64,000 bases of DNA from Bacteroidetes bacterium GWF2_38_335. GTDB lineage: Bacteria; Bacteroidota; Bacteroidia; Bacteroidales; GWF2-38-335. Positions 1-8,456 of this stretch are shown here, one piece after another; positions within the stretch are counted from its first letter, which is position 1, and every line of letters starts with the position of its first letter. The DNA lies in contig MEOH01000001.1 in NCBI GenBank assembly GCA_001769535.1, positions 200,040 to 264,039 on the forward strand. The letters run 5' to 3'. Both the position numbers and the translations under genes were made by a program. The notes under the pieces were generated by a model, which ran no database searches, was not told the origin of the DNA, and worked only from the letters and a program-made list of their open reading frames with translations.

Positions 1-336
1 AGTTCCTTCAGCGTAGGCAACACATGCCGGAGCAGCATCCGGACAGCCGTCCATAACAAACAGTCCAACACCCGGACCGGTATTTGTAAGATTCACATTA
101 ACCATCATGTTGGCAGAAGGTGTAAAGGAAAACACATAGTCTTCGCCCGAAAGATAATCACTGCCGCATGCGGTACCATCATAATTATTTACTGAACCGG
201 CAGTAGTCATGCCTGTCTGTACAAATGGCAGGATGGTCACAAAATGTGGAGTTGTGCAATCCACTCCGGTTTGTGAATACGAATTTCCGGAGAACAATAA
301 AAGTCCGAGAAAAGCAAAAATGTAAAATACTTTCAT
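1..336 (-). CDS. Secreted protein, N-terminal fragment (gene runs off the left edge)
   Basis: Own translation of the minus strand from ATG at 336: MKVFYIFAFLGLLLFSGNSYSQTGVDCTTPHFVTILPFVQTGMTTAGSVNNYDGTACGSDYLSGEDYVFSF... The frame is open to base 1. Signal peptide followed by a Cys-containing domain. Missing from the ORF track because it is truncated. Confidence 0.6.
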   Translation of the reverse strand, partial: MKVFYIFAFLGLLLFSGNSYSQTGVDCTTPHFVTILPFVQTGMTTAGSVNNYDGTACGSDYLSGEDYVFSFTPSANMMVNVNLTNTGPGVGLFVMDGCPDAAPACVAYAEGT

Positions 337-383
337 AGTCTAAAAAATTTAAGTTAATAAATGGGTAGAGCAAATGTAATTAT

Positions 384-391
384 TAATTTTG
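384..391 (+). promoter_or_regulatory. Bacteroidota-type -7 box TAATTTTG (TAnnTTTG) for the MoaD-like gene
   Basis: Exact TAnnTTTG match 23 nt upstream of ATG 415. It lies inside the track's longer ORF, which argues for the 415 start. Confidence 0.45.
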
Positions 392-414
392 TAAAAATCA
401 ATCACAAAGCACAA

Positions 415-648
415 ATGAAAATTAACCTCACCTTCTTTGGAAAATTCAGATCGCTGGCCGAAAACAAAACCATTGAAATTCAGGATGAAACAAGTCTGCA
501 ATCACTTATAAACGAATTAAAAACAATATACCCCGAAATAAAAAACGAAGATTTTCTGATGATGGTAAACGAAACATTTCAAAATCCAAAAACTGTTTTA
601 AACGATGGCGATAAGGTTTCGGTGATATCGGTTGTGGACGGGGGATAG
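415..648 (+). CDS. MoaD/ThiS-family ubiquitin-like sulfur-carrier protein
   Basis: 77 aa, MKINLTFFGKFRSLAE...LNDGDKVSVISVVDGG. Size, the DGD-V motif and the C-terminal Gly-Gly are typical of MoaD/ThiS beta-grasp carriers. Start moved from the track's 361 to 415. Confidence 0.7.
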   Translation: MKINLTFFGKFRSLAENKTIEIQDETSLQSLINELKTIYPEIKNEDFLMMVNETFQNPKTVLNDGDKVSVISVVDGG

Positions 649-752
649 TTATGAGTTATGGGTTCTGGGTTATGGGTTATGGGTTATGAGTTATGAGTTA
701 TGAGTTATGAGTTATGAGTTATGAGTTATAAGTTTCGGGTTTCGGGTTTCGG
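648..752. repeat. Tandem heptamer satellite, 15 units (12 GTTATGR-type plus 3 GTTTCGG)
   Basis: Read directly: GTTATGA GTTATGG GTTCTGG GTTATGG GTTATGG, GTTATGA x6, GTTATAA, GTTTCGG x3. It begins at the last base of the TAG stop of the upstream gene. A 7-bp period is incompatible with a coding repeat. Confidence 0.95.
660..683 (+). other. Potential G-quadruplex motif G3N4G3N4G3N4G3
   Basis: GGGTTCTGGGTTATGGGTTATGGG read directly. It matches the standard G3+N1-7 x4 consensus. Further GGG tracts at 737-739 and 744-746. Confidence 0.6.
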
Positions 753-784
753 ATTGCACATCCAACATTCACCGCACCCCGTAG

Positions 785-818
785 GGACTTGCCTCTGCAA
801 GTCCGCCTCTGCAAGTCC
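785..818. other. GC hairpin GGACTTGC-CTCT-GCAAGTCC with a duplicated loop plus 3' arm (CTCTGCAAGTCC x2)
   Basis: 8-bp perfect stem at 785-792/797-804. The second copy of CTCTGCAAGTCC at 807-818 could pair alternatively. Lies between convergent genes, 5 nt from the transporter stop. Confidence 0.5.
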
Positions 819-822
819 GGTT

Positions 823-2043
823 TTACCCAAACATCATATAAGCCACAAAAATTGCAGCCAGCAATCCGGCCAGATCAGCGATCAGCGCACAGGCAAGTGC
901 ATGGCGCGTTTTCCTGATGCCTACAGAACCAAAATAAACAGCCAGTATATAAAATGTGGTGTCAGCTGCTCCCTGGAACATGCATGACAAACGGGCGGTG
1001 AATGAATCGGCACCAAAAGTTTCCATTGAATCGAGCATCATTCCGCGCGCACCGCTCCCGCTCAAAGGCTTCATGATGGCGGAGGGCATGGCATTCACCA
1101 CGTCCTTATCGGTTCCCAGCGAGGCAAAAAAGTTCATGATATAATCCATGGCCCCCGATGCCCTGAAAACCGCAATGGCAACCAAAATGGCAACGAGATA
1201 CGGTATCACCCGAATGGCAATCTGAAACCCTTCCTTAGCTCCTTCAATAAATGTTTCATAAACATTTATTTTTTTCAATGCAGCCACTGAGATAAACAAA
1301 ATGAGTATCAGAAAAATAAAGAAGTTGGCTCCGAATAATGAATAGCCATTGACTTTTTCGGGCGGTAAAGAAGCAAAAAACCAGGTGATTCCTGAAATAA
1401 TAAGTGTAACCGATCCAAGGTAAATCAGAATAATTGGCTTCAGCAGATTAATCCTCTGAAACAGCGAAACCGCAATGATTCCGGCCAGTGTACTGCAAAA
1501 AGTTGCAATCAGAATGGGAATAAACACATCAGCGGGGTTGGCAGCTCCCATCTGCGCCCTGTACATCATGATGGTGATGGGAATGATGGTCAGTCCCGAT
1601 GCATTCAAAACCATAAACATGATCTGCGCATTGGAAGCAGTATCTTTATTCGGATTGAGTTCCTGCAGCTCGTTCATGGCTTTCAATCCGATGGGTGTAG
1701 CTGCATTATCCAGTCCCATCATGTTGGCAGCCATGTTCATGGCAATAGAGCCATGGGCGGGATGGTCTTTGGGAACACCTTTAAATAGCCGGGAGAATAA
1801 TGGAGCAACTGCACGTGCCAGGGCTTTTACAACACCTCCGGCTTCACCAACTTTCATGATGCCCATCCACAAAGTCATGATTCCGGTCAACCCCAGAGCC
1901 AGTTCAAACCCTGTTTTTGCCGAATCGAATACAGCAAGCATCATATCAGGAAAAACGGCTGCTTCGCCAAAAACGAATGCCTTAATGGCACCTACAATAA
2001 AGGCGATAACAAAAAAGCCGATCCAGATGTAATTTAAAACCAT
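823..2043 (-). CDS. Nucleoside-recognition (Gate) domain membrane protein, SpmA/SpmB-type fusion
   Basis: 406 aa, polytopic. MVLNYIWIGFFVIAF... and MNMAANMMGLDNAATPIGLKAM resemble SpmA/SpmB-family proteins. Confidence 0.7.
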   Translation of the reverse strand: MVLNYIWIGFFVIAFIVGAIKAFVFGEAAVFPDMMLAVFDSAKTGFELALGLTGIMTLWMGIMKVGEAGGVVKALARAVAPLFSRLFKGVPKDHPAHGSIAMNMAANMMGLDNAATPIGLKAMNELQELNPNKDTASNAQIMFMVLNASGLTIIPITIMMYRAQMGAANPADVFIPILIATFCSTLAGIIAVSLFQRINLLKPIILIYLGSVTLIISGITWFFASLPPEKVNGYSLFGANFFIFLILILFISVAALKKINVYETFIEGAKEGFQIAIRVIPYLVAILVAIAVFRASGAMDYIMNFFASLGTDKDVVNAMPSAIMKPLSGSGARGMMLDSMETFGADSFTARLSCMFQGAADTTFYILAVYFGSVGIRKTRHALACALIADLAGLLAAIFVAYMMFG

Positions 2044-2044
2044 A

Positions 2045-3151
2045 TCAGATTTTTCTTCCTTTCCAATTTATGGTTCCGGTGTTTCCAAAGATACCAATAA
2101 AACTTACATAAACAACATACAATGGCTGCATGGGTATCAACAACCAGAGTAAATAACGTTTGTTGAAAAAGCCCGTGACCTGAAACAGAAATATGGCGTC
2201 AATAATGGTTTTTGAGCCGGCAATAAGCAAAAACGGGAGCAAAAAAACCGATGAAAAAAACGAAGCAAAACCTGTTGACAAAAAAGCCAACGAGGTTATA
2301 AAAACGATGATGGCGGTGATGATGCTCACCGGTTCACGGTAATATCTGCTTTTGGATGCCCAGCGCTTTCTCTGGGATATGAATCCTGAAATTCCGGCAG
2401 GCGGCTGAGTCCATACAACTGAATCACGATGATTTAAATAAACGATTTTCTTTTTTGCTTTTGCAAAGCCGTGGAGCAGAAAAACATCATCGCCCGAGGA
2501 ATGTTTGTCAAACAATGGATTTTCAAGCTTCTGATATTCTTTTTTGTCAAAAGCCATATTGGCGGCATTACAAAATATTGGATATCCGCTATTGATGGAA
2601 GATGCGCCGGTGCCAACCAGACTTAAAAACTCGAGGTTCTGAATTTTTTCAAAAAAGCCAACGGGTTTGACAAAGTCAACCGGACCGGCAATCATGGCGG
2701 GTTTTGATGAAATGTAGCATTGGGCAAAGGAGCTAAGCCAGTCGCTGCCAAAAGAACAGTCGGCATCGGTGGTTACGATCATTTGTCCGCGTGCTTTTGA
2801 AAAACCGTTTTTTAAAGCCGTTTTTTTTCCGGTCTCTGCATCCGATAAGCTGATGATCACATAGTTTTCTTCGAAGGAGTTTTTTATGATACGGGCTGAG
2901 TTGTCTTCAGAATGGTCATCAATAAATATCACCTCGAAAGATTCTTTGCGCCACGATTGTTTTTGCAGAGAAGCAAGAAGAACAGGAAGATTTTTCTCCT
3001 CATTTCTGAACGGGATAACTACGGTGATAAAGAGATTGGAATGATCAGCCGGGTTGCAGTTTTCCCTTTTAAACCAGAATATAATCAGCCGGAAGATCAT
3101 AAAAAAATACAATCCGGATACCAAACAGGCCGATATAATAAAAGCATCCAA
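2045..3151 (-). CDS. Family 2 glycosyltransferase with C-terminal transmembrane helices
   Basis: VVIPFRNEEKNLPVLLASL, IFIDDHSEDNS and TDADC motifs (GT-A fold), then about 4 TM helices. Confidence 0.8.
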   Translation of the reverse strand: MDAFIISACLVSGLYFFMIFRLIIFWFKRENCNPADHSNLFITVVIPFRNEEKNLPVLLASLQKQSWRKESFEVIFIDDHSEDNSARIIKNSFEENYVIISLSDAETGKKTALKNGFSKARGQMIVTTDADCSFGSDWLSSFAQCYISSKPAMIAGPVDFVKPVGFFEKIQNLEFLSLVGTGASSINSGYPIFCNAANMAFDKKEYQKLENPLFDKHSSGDDVFLLHGFAKAKKKIVYLNHRDSVVWTQPPAGISGFISQRKRWASKSRYYREPVSIITAIIVFITSLAFLSTGFASFFSSVFLLPFLLIAGSKTIIDAIFLFQVTGFFNKRYLLWLLIPMQPLYVVYVSFIGIFGNTGTINWKGRKI

Positions 3152-3175
3152 TGCAGGCAGTTTAATAAATGTTGT

Positions 3176-3667
3176 TTATTTCCTGGTCAGAATCTGATAG
3201 GTGTACGGAAATTCATTTTTTTCGTTCGCCGCAACCGTTTCCTCAGAAATCACTTTCCATTCTGTTTCGCTCACCACAGGAAAAAAAGTATCCGCCTCGA
3301 ACGAAGCATGGATCCTTGTCAGATACAATTTGTTCGCATGGGGCAAAAACTGCGCATACACCGATCCTCCGCCAATAATGAAATTTTCCTTTTCATTGCT
3401 CATTTTGCTGATGGCATCTTCGATTGAAAAGGCCATGGTGCAGCCCGGAATCTGTTCGCCGGCCATATCTGTAATCACTATGTTTTCACGGTTGGGTAAT
3501 GCACCTTTTGGCAGCGAGTAAAACGTGCGTTTGCCCATGACCACCACGTTTCCGGTTGTCAATGCTTTAAATCTTTTGAGGTCATCCGAAAGATGACATA
3601 AAAGATCATTGTTGCGACCTATTGCGTAGTTTTCAGCAATGGCTACGATTATGGAGATGTTTTTCAT
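3176..3667 (-). CDS. folA: Dihydrofolate reductase
   Basis: MKNISIIVAIAENYAIGRNNDLLCHLSDDLKRFKALTTGNVVVMGKRTFYSLP is canonical DHFR. The track's 39-aa N-terminal extension is rejected. Confidence 0.9.
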   Translation of the reverse strand: MKNISIIVAIAENYAIGRNNDLLCHLSDDLKRFKALTTGNVVVMGKRTFYSLPKGALPNRENIVITDMAGEQIPGCTMAFSIEDAISKMSNEKENFIIGGGSVYAQFLPHANKLYLTRIHASFEADTFFPVVSETEWKVISEETVAANEKNEFPYTYQILTRK

Positions 3668-3692
3668 TTTTTCTGTTTCTTTGCTCTTTGGA

Positions 3693-3700
3693 CAAAGATA
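3693..3700 (-). promoter_or_regulatory. -7 box TATCTTTG for folA
   Basis: Exact TAnnTTTG on the minus strand, 25 nt upstream of ATG 3667. Confidence 0.45.
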
Positions 3701-3890
3701 TATAAAGTAAAAATTCCCTGTCAGACATGTTGATAAAAAAGAAATAACTATAAAGCCATTGCCCTCAATCATGATTAAAAACATAACCTAACCCCGGAAA
3801 ACCTATTAAAAAACATAGCCTTTCGGGAATATTCGCCGGCATTCCGCTGTACTTTTATCAATGAAAAATCCTATAACTCTGTAAAATATT

Positions 3891-5501
3891 ATGGCTGAAT
3901 TTATTTACGAAAAACCTTTTCAGATTGAGAAGGACCCAACCATTTACCGACTGCTTTCGAAAGACTATGTTAAAGTTATTGATGCCGGCGGAAGAAAAGT
4001 TCTTAAAGTTGATCCCAAAGGATTGGAACTTTTAGCAAAGGAAGCGGTTTCTGATCTTTCCTTTTTTCTGAGAAGTTCTCATCTCGAAAAATGTGCAAAA
4101 ATCCTTGACGACCCCGAAGCTTCCGATAATGACAGGTGTGTTGCCTACATCATGCTTAAAAATACTGTCATTGCTGCAAAAGGGGAGCTCCCATGGTGTC
4201 AGGATACCGGAACTGCAATTGTGATTGGAAAAAAAGGTGAAAGTGTTTGGACCGGGGTTAATGATGCTGAGCATCTTTCCAAGGGGATTTACACCACTTA
4301 TCAGGAAAAAAACCTGAGGTTTTCGCAGATTATTCCTTTGACCATGTTCGATGAAAAAAATTCGGCCACCAACCTGCCTGCTCAGATTGATATCTACTCA
4401 ACTCCAGGCAATTCCTATGAATTTTTGTTCATCACCAAAGGTGGCGGATCTGCAAATAAAACATTCCTGTACCAACAGACAAAGTCCTTGCTGAATGAGG
4501 AATCACTGACCAAATTTGTGAGGGAGAAAATCAAAGACCTGGGAACATCGGCCTGCCCGCCTTATCATCTTGCTCTGGTAATTGGCGGAACATCAGCCGA
4601 AGCAACTTTAAAAACCGTGAAGGAAGCTTCTGCAGGATATTATGATTATCTTCCCACTACAGGGAACGCTTCAGGAAGAGCTTTCCGCGACATCGAATGG
4701 GAAAAGAAAATCGAAAAGATGTGCCAGGAATACGGAGTCGGAGCGCAGTTCGGAGGAAAATATTTTGCCCACGATGTTCGGGTAATCCGCTTGCCACGAC
4801 ATGCAGCAAGCTGTCCGGTTGGGCTCGGAGTAAGTTGCAGCGCCGATCGCAACATCAAAGCAAAAATCACCGAAGACGGTATTTTCCTTGAGCAGCTTGA
4901 GAAAAATCCTGAAAAATACATGCCTGCAAAAGCACCGGAATTTGAAAAACCTGTTGAAATAAATATCGACAGACCCATGAAAGAGGTGCTTGCTGAACTG
5001 ACCAAATACCCGGTAAAAACACGGCTTTGTCTTACAGGTACTCTTATTGTCGCAAGAGATGCTGCCCACGCAGCCATCAAAAAAATGATTGATGACGGCA
5101 AACCCATGCCCGATTATTTCAAAAACCACCCCGTTTATTACGCCGGACCGGCAAAAACTCCTCCGGGCATGGCTTCAGGAAGCTTTGGCCCCACAACAGC
5201 CGGAAGGATGGATGCATACGTTAATCTTTTCCAAAGCATGGGTGGCTCACTGATAATGCTTGCAAAAGGCAACAGAACCCGCGCGGTGATCGACTCTTGC
5301 AAAAAACATGGAGGATTTTATCTGGGCTCGATTGGCGGACCGGCTGCAATTTTAGCTGCAGAAAACATCAAATCGGTCGAAATGGTTGCCTTTGAGGAAC
5401 TGGGTATGGAAGCCATCAGAAAAATCAAGGTGGAAAATATGCCTGCCTTCATCATCACCGACGATAAGGGGAATGACTTTTTTGATGAGTATAATAAGTA
5501 G
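3891..5501 (+). CDS. Class I (Fe-S dependent) fumarate hydratase, fused alpha/beta domains
   Basis: 536 aa. [24 protein letters not shown] and GPTTAGRMD motifs, with length typical of class I fumarases. Confidence 0.85.
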   Translation: MAEFIYEKPFQIEKDPTIYRLLSKDYVKVIDAGGRKVLKVDPKGLELLAKEAVSDLSFFLRSSHLEKCAKILDDPEASDNDRCVAYIMLKNTVIAAKGELPWCQDTGTAIVIGKKGESVWTGVNDAEHLSKGIYTTYQEKNLRFSQIIPLTMFDEKNSATNLPAQIDIYSTPGNSYEFLFITKGGGSANKTFLYQQTKSLLNEESLTKFVREKIKDLGTSACPPYHLALVIGGTSAEATLKTVKEASAGYYDYLPTTGNASGRAFRDIEWEKKIEKMCQEYGVGAQFGGKYFAHDVRVIRLPRHAASCPVGLGVSCSADRNIKAKITEDGIFLEQLEKNPEKYMPAKAPEFEKPVEINIDRPMKEVLAELTKYPVKTRLCLTGTLIVARDAAHAAIKKMIDDGKPMPDYFKNHPVYYAGPAKTPPGMASGSFGPTTAGRMDAYVNLFQSMGGSLIMLAKGNRTRAVIDSCKKHGGFYLGSIGGPAAILAAENIKSVEMVAFEELGMEAIRKIKVENMPAFIITDDKGNDFFDEYNK

Positions 5502-5779
5502 GTATTAGCCGCGAACTTAGCGAAGCGATCTCTCGCAGCGAAGCAAGAAATGCGCGAATGATTTTTTGGAAAATACAATAAAAAGTCATTATTGACAATT
5601 TCCAGATTCTCATTCGCATTTTCGGGGCAAAATAAAATGGCCTGACTTGCTTTATTGAAATTATGGATGTGAAAAAGATCAGATCAATTAATCCCCGTTT
5701 TTGTTTCTGACTGATATTATTTTATTTAAGACCTGAAAATGAGAATAAACGGCTGATTTCATTATTCTCTTAATTTTTG

Positions 5780-5787
5780 TATATTTG
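5780..5787 (+). promoter_or_regulatory. -7 box TATATTTG immediately upstream of mntA (possible leaderless transcript)
   Basis: Exact TAnnTTTG ending 4 nt before ATG 5792. Confidence 0.4.
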
Positions 5788-5791
5788 TCTA

Positions 5792-6103
5792 ATGGATTTA
5801 ATAAACCGAAATAAAGACAAACTGGAAAAACTTTGTGAAAAACATAAAGTGAATGAATTATATGTGTTCGGTTCCATTTTAACAGATGAATTTAACGAAT
5901 TAAGCGATATAGATTTTCTGATTCAATTTCTTCATGTTGATTTACCGGAGTACTTTGATAATTATATGGATTTGAAGGAAAAATTGGAAGCATTGTTTAA
6001 CCGTCCTGTTGATTTAGTTGAAGATCAGGCAATAAGAAACCCAGTGTTCAGAAAAGTTGTTGACCGAAATAAAATTTTGATTTATGGGAGAAAAAGCGCT
6101 TAA
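5792..6103 (+). CDS. mntA: MntA-type nucleotidyltransferase antitoxin (type VII TA)
   Basis: LYVFGSILTDEFNELSDIDFLIQF is the GS-x10-DxD minimal nucleotidyltransferase motif. Overlaps the downstream DUF86 gene by 20 nt. Confidence 0.8.
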   Translation: MDLINRNKDKLEKLCEKHKVNELYVFGSILTDEFNELSDIDFLIQFLHVDLPEYFDNYMDLKEKLEALFNRPVDLVEDQAIRNPVFRKVVDRNKILIYGRKSA

Positions 6104-6428
6104 GTATCTTTATGATATTAAATACTCAATAGATGAGATCAACTCCTTTTTTCTGAATAATAAAAAGACCTTTGAAAATTACTCAAATAATATTCTCCTG
6201 AAACGTGCTGTTGAAAGAAATCTTGAAATTATCGGGGAAGCAATGAGCAAACTATTAAAGACAGACCCTGAAATTTCAGTTCATAATGCCAAAAGGATTA
6301 TTGGTTTAAGAAATCAGATTATTCATGGCTATGATAGTGTGTCGGATGAAAATATCTGGGCAATTGTGATTAGCCATCTCCCAAAATTGAAGGAAGAGAT
6401 TGATGATTTAATTGAAAAAAACCAGTAG
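6084..6428 (+). CDS. hepT: HepT (DUF86/HEPN) toxin
   Basis: IGLRNQIIHGYDSV is the Rx4HxY HEPN motif. 114 aa, paired with the MNT gene. Confidence 0.8.
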   Translation: MGEKALKYLYDIKYSIDEINSFFLNNKKTFENYSNNILLKRAVERNLEIIGEAMSKLLKTDPEISVHNAKRIIGLRNQIIHGYDSVSDENIWAIVISHLPKLKEEIDDLIEKNQ

Positions 6429-6438
6429 AAAAATTTAT

Positions 6439-8277
6439 ATGTGCGGAATTGCCGGTTTCTTTTGCTCTGATAATATTTTCACCCGTGAAGAAATTCACCG
6501 GATGACCGATGTCATTGCACACCGTGGTCCGGATGCCGAAGGTCACTACATTAATGCTCCGGCCGTCCTGGGACACCGCCGTTTAAGCATTATTGACCTC
6601 TCGGAGCAGGCCAACATGCCCATGTATTCGCGATGCGGAAGATTTGTGATGGTCTACAACGGTGAAGTATATAACTTCAAAGACATTGCCAGACAGCTGG
6701 ACATCCCGCTCAGAACAACGGGCGATTCTGAAGTAATCCTTGAAGCATACGTCAGATGGAAAGAGAAAATGCCCTCCAAACTCATCGGAATGTTTGCAGG
6801 GGTAATCTATGACATTGAACATGAAAAGCTTTTTATTTTCAGAGACCGCATGGGCATTAAACCCCTGTTTTATTTCAGGGATGAAAAACACTTTGCCTTT
6901 GCTTCCGAAATAAAATCATTGCTGCAGCTTTCTCCTGTTTCCAAATCAAGAATGATTGACCATGAGGCGGTGACCGAATTTCTGCATCTGGGTTATATCC
7001 CCGAGCCAAAAACAATTTACCGTAATATCAGGAAATTCCCTTCCGGATGCTACGCCGTATATTCCGCAAAGTCATTTGAAATAACCCCTTACTGGAAAGC
7101 TGAGGACTGCATCAAACCCGAAGTTTTGTCAAATGAAAAAACCGCATTGTCCAAACTGAATGAACTTCTTGTTGATTCGGTGAGAATGCGGTTGATATCA
7201 GATGTCCCCTTCGGAACCCTTCTCAGCGGTGGCATTGATTCCTCGCTGGTTACCGCAATTGCCCAAAAAGAAAGCGGAAAAAGTATCAGCACTTTTTCAA
7301 TCGGTTTTAAGGAAAGCAAGTTCAACGAAGCAGGATATGCCCGCAAAGTAGCTGAATACCTGAACACCAACCACCACGAATATTTTTTAAGTCAGGAAGA
7401 TGCACTGGCAACCATTGACGATATTTTCACTTCATACGACGAGCCCTTTGCAGATTCTTCGGCCATCCCGACCATGCTGGTTTCAAAGATGGCCCGGAGT
7501 AAAGTATCCATGACCCTGTCGGGTGACGGGGGTGATGAACTGTTCCACGGTTACGGGGCTTACAGGTGGGCTAACCGTTTGGAGATGCCCATGATAAAGT
7601 CCCTCAGAAAACCCATTGCCTCTGTTTTAAGCAAAATGCCCGACCGATACAAAAGGGCTTCAAACCTGTTTTTGTATCCTGAGGAAAGAAAAAAAAGTCA
7701 CATATTCAGTCAGGAACAATATCTTTTTTCACTTGCAGAAACTGAAAAAATAATCAGAGGCGATTTTTACCTTCCTCCCGGATTTTCTGAAAACTTTAAT
7801 CTGAACAGAAAACTAAACCCGGCCGAGCAGCAGGCATTTTTTGATCTGAAAATGTATCTGAAAGATGATCTTCTTGTGAAGGTTGACCGTGCCAGCATGA
7901 AATATTCGCTCGAAAACCGTGTGCCACTGCTTGATCACCGGATTGTGGAGTTTGCGCTTAATTTGTCACCCGGATTGAAAATAAAGAACGGAGTACAGAA
8001 ATATCTGCTCAAAAAGGTGTTGTACCAGTACGTCCCCGAAAAAATGTTCAACCGCCCCAAATGGGGATTCTCAATACCCCTTGGTACCTGGATGAGAAAA
8101 GAGCTTAAAAGCAAAATTGACGAATACCTCTCCGAAGAAAAAATAAAACAAACAGCAGTCCTGAATTTCGATGAAGTGCAAAAACTGAAAATCCGCTTTG
8201 AAAAAGGCCAGGATCATCTTTACAACAGGGTTTGGGCAGTATATGTTTTGATGAGGTTTTTGGATGACCAACGTTGA
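6439..8277 (+). CDS. asnB: Asparagine synthase (glutamine-hydrolysing)
   Basis: MCGIAGFF gives the N-terminal nucleophile Cys at position 2, so the start is ATG 6439 rather than the track's 6412. LSGGIDSS is the PP-loop. Confidence 0.85.
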   Translation: MCGIAGFFCSDNIFTREEIHRMTDVIAHRGPDAEGHYINAPAVLGHRRLSIIDLSEQANMPMYSRCGRFVMVYNGEVYNFKDIARQLDIPLRTTGDSEVILEAYVRWKEKMPSKLIGMFAGVIYDIEHEKLFIFRDRMGIKPLFYFRDEKHFAFASEIKSLLQLSPVSKSRMIDHEAVTEFLHLGYIPEPKTIYRNIRKFPSGCYAVYSAKSFEITPYWKAEDCIKPEVLSNEKTALSKLNELLVDSVRMRLISDVPFGTLLSGGIDSSLVTAIAQKESGKSISTFSIGFKESKFNEAGYARKVAEYLNTNHHEYFLSQEDALATIDDIFTSYDEPFADSSAIPTMLVSKMARSKVSMTLSGDGGDELFHGYGAYRWANRLEMPMIKSLRKPIASVLSKMPDRYKRASNLFLYPEERKKSHIFSQEQYLFSLAETEKIIRGDFYLPPGFSENFNLNRKLNPAEQQAFFDLKMYLKDDLLVKVDRASMKYSLENRVPLLDHRIVEFALNLSPGLKIKNGVQKYLLKKVLYQYVPEKMFNRPKWGFSIPLGTWMRKELKSKIDEYLSEEKIKQTAVLNFDEVQKLKIRFEKGQDHLYNRVWAVYVLMRFLDDQR

Positions 8278-8420
8278 TTTATTTTATTCATGAATTGTTT
8301 TCATTCATTGAATATTCCATCGATTTCCCATGCATTAAATTTTCGTTTCCATTTCCGCCGGAAAAAGCATCATGATTCTTTATTGTTTAGGGCCGACGGT
8401 TTTTCATTTTATTGCATATA

Positions 8421-8451
8421 CCCCCGCTTGAAAGCCGGGGCTATTATTTTT
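8421..8451. terminator. Hairpin CCCCGCTT-GAA-AGCCGGGG (imperfect) plus T-rich tail between the convergent asnB and priA
   Basis: Stem at 8421-8440 followed by CTATTATTTTT on the plus strand; 17 nt beyond the priA stop. Confidence 0.5.
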
Positions 8452-8456
8452 CAACT

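Noticed and set aside
185-373. Track ORF (62 aa, minus strand) at the left edge
   Set aside because: It overlaps, in another frame, the longer open frame from ATG 336 that has a clean signal peptide and runs to base 1. Its product has no recognisable features.
648-752. CRISPR array (here, and in the SprB repeat DNA at 11987-14311)
   Set aside because: The heptamer units are contiguous with no spacers. The SprB repeats are in-frame coding repeats of about 222 bp. No cas genes are present.
721-987. Track ORF (88 aa, plus strand) starting inside the heptamer satellite
   Set aside because: The N-terminus is translated satellite and hairpin DNA, and the rest is antisense to the 3' end of the nucleoside-recognition membrane protein gene.
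1475-2032. 185-aa plus-strand ORF
   Set aside because: It lies entirely antisense to the well-supported 406-aa membrane protein gene. It is a shadow ORF with an Ala/Pro/Met-rich, featureless product.
3825-3846. Shared motif CCGGCGAA(T/A)AT in three intergenic regions (3825-3846 on the minus strand, 53347-53360, 57262-57274) as a possible transcription-factor site
   Set aside because: The core is only 8-11 nt, and at least one further copy lies inside folA coding DNA (about 3450). I cannot compute enrichment by eye, so it is recorded only as a possible follow-up for motif-search software.
4646-5129. Two about 150-aa minus-strand ORFs in different frames
   Set aside because: Both are antisense to the class I fumarase gene, which has strong motif support. 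They have no signal, motif or promoter of their own.
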